NCBI GenBank assembly: GCA_024277355.1
Contig: JAJRVL010000001.1
Location: 102,363-134,362, forward strand
DNA length: 32,000 nucleotides
DNA from: an archaeon
GTDB lineage: Archaea > Iainarchaeota > Iainarchaeia > Iainarchaeales > 1-14-0-10-31-34
Reading direction: 5' to 3'
In this document: positions 1-8,104 of the stretch, one piece after another
How positions within the stretch are numbered: position 1 is the first letter of the stretch
Layout of the letters: each line of letters starts with the position of its first letter
The notes under the pieces: model-generated
Database searches by the model: none
Seen by the model: only the letters and a program-made list of their open reading frames with translations
What the model was told of the DNA's origin: nothing
Position numbers and translations under genes: made by a program

Positions 1-2
1 AG

Positions 3-302
3 AATTCTGCATCTAATTCATTATTGTGGGGAACTTATGGAATAGGAATTAATGCAGATAATAAAATAATTCAAAAAACAAAAGATTCAGCTAGCTGTTT
101 AGGTTTTCCTTTAGGAATAACTCCAAATTATGCAACTTGTTCTGAAGTAAGCAAAATAGCAATAAGAATTCCATTCAAAGAAACAAACAAAAATTATATT
201 ATTGACAAAACAAACAAACCAGTTTATGTAATTGAATTAATTGACGATAAGTTTACTCCTGATTCTTACACTGATGCATTTCATCAGACAACAAGATTTT
301 AA
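3..302 (+). CDS. 3' end of a gene entering from the left window edge; unknown (probably secreted/surface) protein fragment
   Basis: Frame 3 is open from nt 3 (NSASNSLLWGTYGIG...), so the TTG at 24 in the ORF track is probably not the true start. Ends at TAA 300-302. No family motif recognised. The same frame stays open 303-440 (see findings). Confidence 0.55.
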   Translation, partial: NSASNSLLWGTYGIGINADNKIIQKTKDSASCLGFPLGITPNYATCSEVSKIAIRIPFKETNKNYIIDKTNKPVYVIELIDDKFTPDSYTDAFHQTTRF

Positions 303-440
303 GTTAATAATTCAACTTGTGGTTTAGGAAGCGAAACTTCAAATTCATGCGATATTGACGAATGGACTTGTGAAAGTTTAGGTCCTTCAGGGGGAATGCC
401 AGGCGGGGGAGATGATTCAGCAGGAGGCTGTAAAGTTCCT

Positions 441-744
441 TAAAAAAAACAGGAAAATAAAAATAAAAAAATAACAGAAAAAAATAATCAATAAAACAAA
501 AATGAAAAAAATAACAAAAGAAAAAAAACAATGAAATAAAAAAAATTACGTAAAAAAAAGAAAAAATTCAAGAAAAAAACGCAAAAAAACAATAAAAAAA
601 GAAAAGAAAAAAAAATTAAATTACAAAAAAAGTTTGGAAGTTAATTCATTAAAAAAACCAATAGAAAACAGCAAAAACGCAAAGATATATAAACAAATAA
701 ATACACAAAAAATATAGCTAAATAAAATTAAACATAATTTATTA
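441..744 (+). repeat. Strand-asymmetric poly(A)-rich low-complexity intergenic tract (~300 bp) upstream of the giant-gene cluster
   Basis: Direct reading: long runs of A broken by single C/G/T (e.g. aaaaaaaacaggaaaataaaaataaaaaaataacagaaaaaaataa ... gaaaagaaaaaaaaattaaattacaaaaaaag). T is very rare on the + strand until ~620. The only ORF is the antisense poly-Phe artefact at 304-531. Confidence 0.8.
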
Positions 745-745
745 A

Positions 746-751
746 AGAGGG
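746..751 (+). promoter_or_regulatory. Shine-Dalgarno-like AGAGGG, 5 nt upstream of the giant-1 ATG
   Basis: The sequence reads attaaAGAGGGcttaaATG. It is a purine-rich GG core in an otherwise A/T context. Confidence 0.5.
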
Positions 752-756
752 CTTAA

Positions 757-3700
757 ATGGGTTTGAAAGAAGTTTATTCTGCAATAGAAACCAAATATTA
801 TAATTTCATGGATGCGATAGACGAAAAAGGAATTCCAGTGTATAAAGCAATTGATTTTGTTGAATCAAAAAGCATTCCTTCTTTTCCTTTAGCAGTTATT
901 TTTTTTGTATTAATTTTATCAGGATTAATTTTAACTTTAAATGGCGGAAGCTTACTGCAGAATACAACTGAATTTGAATTAATGATAACAGATGGAACAA
1001 CAGCAATACAAGGAACAACAATAAGTTATTTTTTAGGAGAAAAACAAATTACAGTTACAACTAATAATCAAGGAAAAGCAGTAATTGAAGTAACTCAAGG
1101 AAAAGAATTTTCAGTTACAGCAGAAAAAAATGGATTTAAAAAAATAACTAAAACTTTTGATGCAAAAGATGAAAAAGCAACACTTGTTTTAATTGCAGAT
1201 ATATTAAAGCCAATTAAAATCCAGTTATTAGGAAAAGGAAACGAATTATTAGAAGAAGAAATAAAAGTTTCTTTTACTTGTTCTGAAAATGACAAATGGA
1301 ATGAAATAGTTTTATTTAACACAGGAACAACAAATTTAGCTGATGTTCCGGCAAACTGCGGAAAAATTTTAGCTGAACCAATAGGGAAAAAATGTTCAGA
1401 CTGTGACTTTGATGCATATGATTCATTAATTAAAATTTATTTAGAAGAAACCACAACAGAAAAAGGAACAATTAATTTTACTGTATTAGATGACAAAGGA
1501 AATTATGCTGAAGCAATACAAGTAATGGTTATTCCCACAGGAAATTTAAAAGAAGAAGATTCATGCTATACTTTTAATGGTTTATGTGAAACAGAAGTCC
1601 CATTTGGAACTTATTATATTAGAGCAACGGATTCAACAGGAAAATTAAGAGATTATGATTCAAGAAAAGATACAATAACTATTACATTAAATTCAAATAA
1701 CCAAAACATTGATTTTGAAGAAATAATTTTAGGACAAGGAGTAATTGGACAAATAAAAATTAAAATTAAAAGTGAAACAGGAAATTTAATTGAAGATGCA
1801 TTAGTCAGATTATTTAAAGATAATTCTGAAATAAACCAGCAAAGAAGCAATACAGAAGGAGAAATAATATTTAATGTTGCAGAACAAATTGATTACACTG
1901 TTTCAGTTACTCATGCAAATTATTTGAATTCAGATGTAAAAACGGTTTCTCCAAAAAATGATTTTTATTCATTTTCATTAAAAGAAGCAACTTCTTCTAA
2001 TAAAAGAAAAATTGAAGTAAACGTAGTAGACGAAAAAAATGAAGCAGTAGAAAACACTAAAGTTTTCTTAAAAGATGCATTAACCGGAAGCATTGTAGGA
2101 CAAGAAAAAGTAACTGGATTAGACGGAAAAGCTTCATTTGAAAGACTTCCAACAGGAAAATATATTTTAAGAGCAGAAAAAAGAGGCTTTGAAGGAAAAG
2201 ATTCAAGAGTAATTGAAGTAAAAGAAAATGAATTAAATGAAGTAACAATAAAATTAGATTTAGGACAGGGAAACCTTGACGTAATAGTTATAGATAAAGA
2301 AAAACAGCCAATTCAGTCAGCAACAATTAAAGTAATAGATTATTTTACAGGAAAAGAAATTTTTGTTGATTCAACTGACACTGAAGGAAAAAAAAGCTTT
2401 AATATCAGAGCAGACAAAAAAGTTTATTTAGAAGTAAATGAAAGTTCTCACTCTAATTATATTAGTGCACCGATTCAGATGTTTAATGGAACAGAAGAAA
2501 AAACAATTTTATTAGAAGATTCAATTAATTCTTTTGCAATTAAATTAGAAGAATTAAGTTTAGAAGGACAGGAAGTAGAAAACATTACTGTTTCAGAAGG
2601 AAGAACTTATAAAGCTAAATTCAAATTAATGATTCCAACAAATGTTTTTTCAAATAATGCAGGAGTTCATATCAGGACTGGCGCAGACACAAAAAACCAG
2701 AATAATACAATGGAAAAAGATGATTTATACATCAAAAAAGTTATTGCTTCAAATGCAAAAATAATTAAAGGAACAGCATTTAATCCAAATACAGGTTATG
2801 CAATTGACTCAAAGCATTTAACTTCAGGAAATGCAAAATGGACAAACATAATATTTAATTCAGTTAAAGAAGGAACCTATGAAGTTGAAATAGTAATTCA
2901 GGTAAGAGAAACCTTAAACGGCAGTCCAATGGAATTAGCTTATAGAGCTTGGATTGAAAACAATGGATATCAAAGAGATCCATATGATTCAGAATTACAG
3001 GAAGCAGAAAGTTCAGCATTAAAACAAGCATTATATGCAAAAACAAGACATGAACCATTAAAGATTGGGGCATCAAGTTTATGTGCAGAAAATTTTTGTT
3101 CAAGCTTTACAATAAAAGATTTGCAGAATGCAGTAAGAACAAATATAATTGATTCTTTTCCAGCAGAAATTTCAAGTAATTATGAATTAGAATTTAATAT
3201 AATCAGCACAAGCGAAAAAACTTATTCTAATAGCGAACTAATAATTAAAGGAAAAGGAATTGAATTAAATTCATATGAAATTCAAGGCACACAAAAAAAT
3301 GCTGAAGGAGAAATCATAGTTAAAACAGGATTAATAGAAAAAGGACAAAAAATTTCAGGGACAATAAATTTCACAACAAAAAAAGAAGGAACAAACAGAA
3401 TTGACTTAAGTTTGTTTGGAGAAAGTTCAACTTTAGGAAAAGAAAAAATATTATTTAAGCCTATAAGAGCTGAAGTAAAACATGCAAAAACAATGATTGT
3501 TTCAAATTCTCCTCAGAATTTAGTTCCATTTATTAAAAATAATTTATTAGTAAGAATAACAGATGAAGAAGAAAATGAATTAAGTGAAGTAGAAATAAAA
3601 ATAGAAAAGGACTTTGAATTAATTGCTTCAGGAAAAACTGATTCAAAAGGAATTTTTGCTTTTGGGTTTGAAGCAATGAACCCAGGAACAAAAATAATTA

Positions 3701-6700
3701 TTACTGCAGAAAAATACGGTTTTAATTCAGTTGAAAAAGAAATGAAAATACAGGAAAATATTATTGATGTTTCTCCTCCTGAAATAAATGAAAGCTTTAA
3801 TGCAAAACAAGATTATGCAGTAACAAGAGATATAACTTTAAAGAACACAACTGAAATGCCTTTGACTGTTATTGGAGCAGAATTAACTGATTCATTCAGA
3901 GGAATGATTGAAAGTGAAATTACAGGAACAGGAAAAGAATTAACAATAGGAAATTCAGAAAGCATTTTAATTAAACTTGAAATGACAAACAAAGGAAAAA
4001 ACATTAAAACATTAACTTCTTTAAGCGGAGAAGTTGTTTTGATTTTAGAAAACCTTGAAGCAGGAAAGCAATGGACTGCAAGTGTTCCAGTAAAAATTAC
4101 AATCGGGTTAGGCGGAGAAGTTGATTCAGCTGACTGTTTTAGTTTAAGTCCAAATTCATGGACTGCATTAACAGAAAATAAAACAAAAGAAATCAAATTA
4201 AATTTAGCAAATAATTGTACAGTTAAAGAAGAAAATATTTCATTAAAAGATGTTAAAGCAAAAGTTGTATGGAAAGAAAATGCAATTGGAACATTTGAAT
4301 TAACTTCAGGAATTGACGGAACAAAAACAACAACTTTAACTAATAATTATAAGACATTAAATGAAACATTTAATCCAAATACAGGAGAAGAAGAAAATTT
4401 AACTTTAATTTTTACTCCTGATGAAATTGCTTTAGGTTCAGGCACTGCAACAATTTATTTAGAAGCAGTTAATCCAACCGAAAAAGGAAACCAAAAATTA
4501 ATTCAAAAAATAGAAGTACAAACAGAAATAAGCAAATTAAGTGAATGTTTAAGGATTAGGCCTGCAAGCAATCAAATAAGAATCCAGATGAATTCATATA
4601 ATTATGGTTATGGATCTATGCCAAATTACTTTGGTTATACTCCTCAAAATAATTATTATTACGGCATGAATCCAAATTATTTAAGTTCAGGTAACAGAAA
4701 TTATCCTTTTACAAATTATCCTTATGATCCAAATGCTTCTGCCGGAAGTTTAAGAAATAACCCTAATGTAGTTTTCCCTGATGGCTGGAGAAGCCAGCAG
4801 TATCCTCATAATTATTATAATACAACTTACAGCAATCCAACAGGATTTAATCCAAACTTAAATAATGCCTGGAATACTGGTTCATTAGGCGCTCCAGGAA
4901 AAGCAACAATAGATATAGAAAATTCTTGTGCTTCAACAGTTCAAGTTGAATTAGAAGGAACACCAGAAATAAGTGTTTCCGACAGAACAATAGTATTAGA
5001 AAAAGGAAACCATAAAACAATTGAAATAACTCCAACAATGTTTATTGGACAATATCCTTTAACTATTAGAGCAAAACATAAGAGTTCAACTGACTCAGCT
5101 TTTGAAATAGCAAAATATAATGTTTTAGTTGAATCAGAATTTGAAAGAAATTATTATGACTGCATTAATTTAAGCAAAAGAGTATTTACTTTTAATGATG
5201 TAATACAAAAACCAGTTGAAGGAATGGTTTGGAATACCTGTTATGACACAGGAATAAGATTAAATTATCAGTCAATTCCAAGAAATTTAAGCGGAATAGG
5301 AAACTTTAATTTTCCTTCACCTCAGGACACAGGACAAAAAAGGCTTGGAAGTTCAGGAATGATTAGTTCAATTGAATTAATACAATTAGTTAATAAGCCT
5401 GGAGCAGAAGGAAAAATAATACAGGAATTAAAATTCAGAATGAGAAAAAATTTAGGTTATAGAACAGGAAAAATCCCTCAATTACCAAACCAAAACAATC
5501 CATTAATTGAATTAGCAAATTTAAGAATTAAATTAACAGGAGCATATTATACAATTGAAGCCGAAGAAAGACTTCCAATTACTTTCTTTGACAGAACAGG
5601 AAACACTCAGGTTATTCCATTTGATATTATAATAGAAGATTTATGGGCAGGACTGCCAATAATAGCAGAAGAAATAGAATTTGGAAACCCAAATGCAGCA
5701 CATCAGGAATGCATTGATGAAAGTGCATTGCAGTTTAGCGACTGTATTGCAGATGAATTATTTATTGACGGAGTAAGCAGATATATTGATGCCAGAAAAG
5801 TAATAAGAAAAGGAAAAGAATTTTGCGGCGACTCAGACAGAATTGCAAGATTAATTAATAGCGAGATAAAAGATGATTCAGGAATTACATTGAAATTTGA
5901 AGTAAAAGACGGCGACAAAATACAGGTAATAATAGATAAAACAAAAATGAAATATAATCCAGGAAGAATTGAAGGAAAATTATATGCAAGGCTTTCAAGA
6001 GTAAGTCCATTAGAAACAAAAACCGTTGAAATTCCTTTCTCTATTGAAGTATGTGAATTAGCAGAAAAACAAGAAAAATGTTTTGATAAAATAAAAGACA
6101 AAGAAGAAATAACAAAAGATTTAATTGACGAACAATGTCCTGATTTAAGTGAAGATGAAAAACAAGGAATAATAGATAAAACAAAAGAAACAGAAGAAAT
6201 CCAGTTATGTGAAAATGGGTTTACAGGAGAAACAGCATTCAAAGAATATGGTTTAGATAAAATCAAATTAAACTGGGAATGGAATTCAATTGAAGAAAAT
6301 GAATGTGACGCAGAAAACAATAATTCAATTTATTGTGATGCAGTACAATTTGCAATTGAATTAAATAAAAAAGCAAAAAACATCCGCAATTTAGGAGTTA
6401 TTGCAGGAGACTGTACTGGTTATTGTGAACAAACAGATTCATTGAATTTATTCAGGTTTATAATAGCTAAAACAAAAGTAAAAGATGATATTACAAAAGA
6501 ACTGCAATACTTTTTCCTTGATTCAAGTAATTCAATTATTGCAGGAAAAAAGTTTGATGGAACAGAATTCAAAACAGAAATTAATACAATAAAAGAAGCA
6601 TTAGAAACAGATTTAACTAATTCAAAAGCAAAAACAATAACTCAAGTAGTTAACACAATAATTGACGCAGTTAAAACTGATTCAGCAATTGATGAAACAG

Positions 6701-8088
6701 CAATAATAGGAGAAATTAAATTAGGAAACATGCTTCCAGGAAAACTTGAAGCAATCGGCGCAGAAAGAATAATATCAACAAAATATGTTATGACTTTTAA
6801 TGAATACAAAGCTTTAAGAGACCAGTTAAAAACATGCACTGACACAAATCCAACCGCAAAAGAATGCGAAATAAACAAAGTAAGCGGATTAACTGGAAAA
6901 ATATTTATTGACAAAGACTTCTTAAAAGAATTACAAAACAACATTGAATTCAAAGTTGGAATTAGAAATACTGCTTCAATTACTTTAACTGAAAGAAATA
7001 CAGTAATAAAACAAGGAAAAGTAACAGCATCAAAATTAGTTGGAACAAGCTTTGAAGACTTTTACAACAAAAACATTGAATTTATTTCTTTACTAAAAGA
7101 AGACGGAATAAGTCCAGAATTTAAAGAAGATTTTACAAAAGAATATGCAACAAAAGAAGTTGATTCAGGATTTAGAGAATGGACTTTTAATAAAACAAAA
7201 TTTGATTCAGGAACATATTTAGTTAAATTTAATTATGACTGGGCTGCTGAAGGAAAAAACACTGAAGTAAAATTAGAACATGATGGAGACTTAAGTTCAG
7301 TTTACAAAAAGAATTATTTATTTAGTGTTCCATTTGACGGAAAAGTCGGAATAACTGATTCCACTAAAAGAAAAGGTTATGGAACAGGATATGGAAACAA
7401 TAAAACAGTTAACAATATTTATTTGAATAAAAATATTTTATTAAAAGACGGAGACGGATTAAACACTGGATTAAATCAGTTTAATAATACAGAAAAAGCA
7501 GAAGAATTCAAGGATACAAGAAACGGAAAAATACTTTACATGACAAACGGAGAATTAAAGTTTACTCCTTCAAAGCCATTAGGATTAACAGCAGAATTAG
7601 ATTCAGGAAAATCAGGAGTATTTTATGATTTAACTAAAACAGCAAAAGCAATTGGAATAGACCAAGAAACAACATTAAATTATTTATTTAAATGGAATTC
7701 AGTTAAAGATGAAAAACAAGAAGAAAGCAATTTAAAGAAGGCAACTGACTGTCAGGCAACAAGATTTGGAATAATTTTTAATGATGAAGAAATACAGAAA
7801 GTTTTAAGTTTTATTCCGGTTAACTGGGGCTATAAATTTGAAAAATACTGCAATAACGGAATAAAAACAATGACTGGATATGATTTCAGTTATAAAGGAA
7901 TAGTAGAAAAACATGATTTACCAGGAACTGCTTCATTTAGTTCAGATGTAGAAGGCAATATTGAACAAAAAACAAGCATTAAAAAATGGATTGACGATAT
8001 TAAAACTGAAAACATTTGCTTTACAACTAACAACAATGAATTTACATTAGAATGGAATAAAGAAAAATTAATGAAAGAAATGAATTAA
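757..8088 (+). CDS. Giant membrane-anchored surface protein, paralog 1 (2443 aa); CarboxypepD_reg-like beta-sandwich repeats plus uncharacterised conserved modules
   Basis: Uninterrupted 7.3-kb ORF. It has an N-terminal module MGLKEVYSAIETKYY...IPSF followed by the hydrophobic helix PLAVIFFVLILSGLILTL. At least 5 tandem repeats (about nt 970-2460) carry the CarboxypepD_reg-type pattern, e.g. RKIEVNVVDEKNEAVENTKVFLKD...TGLDGKASFERLPTGKYILRAEKRGF. There are many N-x-S/T sequons. It is collinear in homology with the ORFs at 8105-14662 and 14746-21852. Confidence 0.93.
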   Translation: MGLKEVYSAIETKYYNFMDAIDEKGIPVYKAIDFVESKSIPSFPLAVIFFVLILSGLILTLNGGSLLQNTTEFELMITDGTTAIQGTTISYFLGEKQITVTTNNQGKAVIEVTQGKEFSVTAEKNGFKKITKTFDAKDEKATLVLIADILKPIKIQLLGKGNELLEEEIKVSFTCSENDKWNEIVLFNTGTTNLADVPANCGKILAEPIGKKCSDCDFDAYDSLIKIYLEETTTEKGTINFTVLDDKGNYAEAIQVMVIPTGNLKEEDSCYTFNGLCETEVPFGTYYIRATDSTGKLRDYDSRKDTITITLNSNNQNIDFEEIILGQGVIGQIKIKIKSETGNLIEDALVRLFKDNSEINQQRSNTEGEIIFNVAEQIDYTVSVTHANYLNSDVKTVSPKNDFYSFSLKEATSSNKRKIEVNVVDEKNEAVENTKVFLKDALTGSIVGQEKVTGLDGKASFERLPTGKYILRAEKRGFEGKDSRVIEVKENELNEVTIKLDLGQGNLDVIVIDKEKQPIQSATIKVIDYFTGKEIFVDSTDTEGKKSFNIRADKKVYLEVNESSHSNYISAPIQMFNGTEEKTILLEDSINSFAIKLEELSLEGQEVENITVSEGRTYKAKFKLMIPTNVFSNNAGVHIRTGADTKNQNNTMEKDDLYIKKVIASNAKIIKGTAFNPNTGYAIDSKHLTSGNAKWTNIIFNSVKEGTYEVEIVIQVRETLNGSPMELAYRAWIENNGYQRDPYDSELQEAESSALKQALYAKTRHEPLKIGASSLCAENFCSSFTIKDLQNAVRTNIIDSFPAEISSNYELEFNIISTSEKTYSNSELIIKGKGIELNSYEIQGTQKNAEGEIIVKTGLIEKGQKISGTINFTTKKEGTNRIDLSLFGESSTLGKEKILFKPIRAEVKHAKTMIVSNSPQNLVPFIKNNLLVRITDEEENELSEVEIKIEKDFELIASGKTDSKGIFAFGFEAMNPGTKIIITAEKYGFNSVEKEMKIQENIIDVSPPEINESFNAKQDYAVTRDITLKNTTEMPLTVIGAELTDSFRGMIESEITGTGKELTIGNSESILIKLEMTNKGKNIKTLTSLSGEVVLILENLEAGKQWTASVPVKITIGLGGEVDSADCFSLSPNSWTALTENKTKEIKLNLANNCTVKEENISLKDVKAKVVWKENAIGTFELTSGIDGTKTTTLTNNYKTLNETFNPNTGEEENLTLIFTPDEIALGSGTATIYLEAVNPTEKGNQKLIQKIEVQTEISKLSECLRIRPASNQIRIQMNSYNYGYGSMPNYFGYTPQNNYYYGMNPNYLSSGNRNYPFTNYPYDPNASAGSLRNNPNVVFPDGWRSQQYPHNYYNTTYSNPTGFNPNLNNAWNTGSLGAPGKATIDIENSCASTVQVELEGTPEISVSDRTIVLEKGNHKTIEITPTMFIGQYPLTIRAKHKSSTDSAFEIAKYNVLVESEFERNYYDCINLSKRVFTFNDVIQKPVEGMVWNTCYDTGIRLNYQSIPRNLSGIGNFNFPSPQDTGQKRLGSSGMISSIELIQLVNKPGAEGKIIQELKFRMRKNLGYRTGKIPQLPNQNNPLIELANLRIKLTGAYYTIEAEERLPITFFDRTGNTQVIPFDIIIEDLWAGLPIIAEEIEFGNPNAAHQECIDESALQFSDCIADELFIDGVSRYIDARKVIRKGKEFCGDSDRIARLINSEIKDDSGITLKFEVKDGDKIQVIIDKTKMKYNPGRIEGKLYARLSRVSPLETKTVEIPFSIEVCELAEKQEKCFDKIKDKEEITKDLIDEQCPDLSEDEKQGIIDKTKETEEIQLCENGFTGETAFKEYGLDKIKLNWEWNSIEENECDAENNNSIYCDAVQFAIELNKKAKNIRNLGVIAGDCTGYCEQTDSLNLFRFIIAKTKVKDDITKELQYFFLDSSNSIIAGKKFDGTEFKTEINTIKEALETDLTNSKAKTITQVVNTIIDAVKTDSAIDETAIIGEIKLGNMLPGKLEAIGAERIISTKYVMTFNEYKALRDQLKTCTDTNPTAKECEINKVSGLTGKIFIDKDFLKELQNNIEFKVGIRNTASITLTERNTVIKQGKVTASKLVGTSFEDFYNKNIEFISLLKEDGISPEFKEDFTKEYATKEVDSGFREWTFNKTKFDSGTYLVKFNYDWAAEGKNTEVKLEHDGDLSSVYKKNYLFSVPFDGKVGITDSTKRKGYGTGYGNNKTVNNIYLNKNILLKDGDGLNTGLNQFNNTEKAEEFKDTRNGKILYMTNGELKFTPSKPLGLTAELDSGKSGVFYDLTKTAKAIGIDQETTLNYLFKWNSVKDEKQEESNLKKATDCQATRFGIIFNDEEIQKVLSFIPVNWGYKFEKYCNNGIKTMTGYDFSYKGIVEKHDLPGTASFSSDVEGNIEQKTSIKKWIDDIKTENICFTTNNNEFTLEWNKEKLMKEMN

Positions 8089-8095
8089 GAAAATT

Positions 8096-8100
8096 GGTGA
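8096..8100 (+). promoter_or_regulatory. Shine-Dalgarno GGTGA, 4 nt upstream of the giant-2 ATG (16-nt gap after the giant-1 stop, implying co-transcription)
   Basis: The sequence reads aat TAA gaaaattGGTGAattaATG. GGTGA is complementary to the conserved 3' end of 16S rRNA (..AUCACCUCC). Confidence 0.6.
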
Positions 8101-8104
8101 ATTA

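Noticed and set aside
304-531. 75-aa minus-strand ORF (MFFFFCYFFHFCF...)
   Set aside because: It is a poly-Phe/Leu translation of the reverse complement of the A-rich tract and of the post-stop tail. It has no SD, its composition is implausible, and it overlaps the in-frame extension on the + strand.
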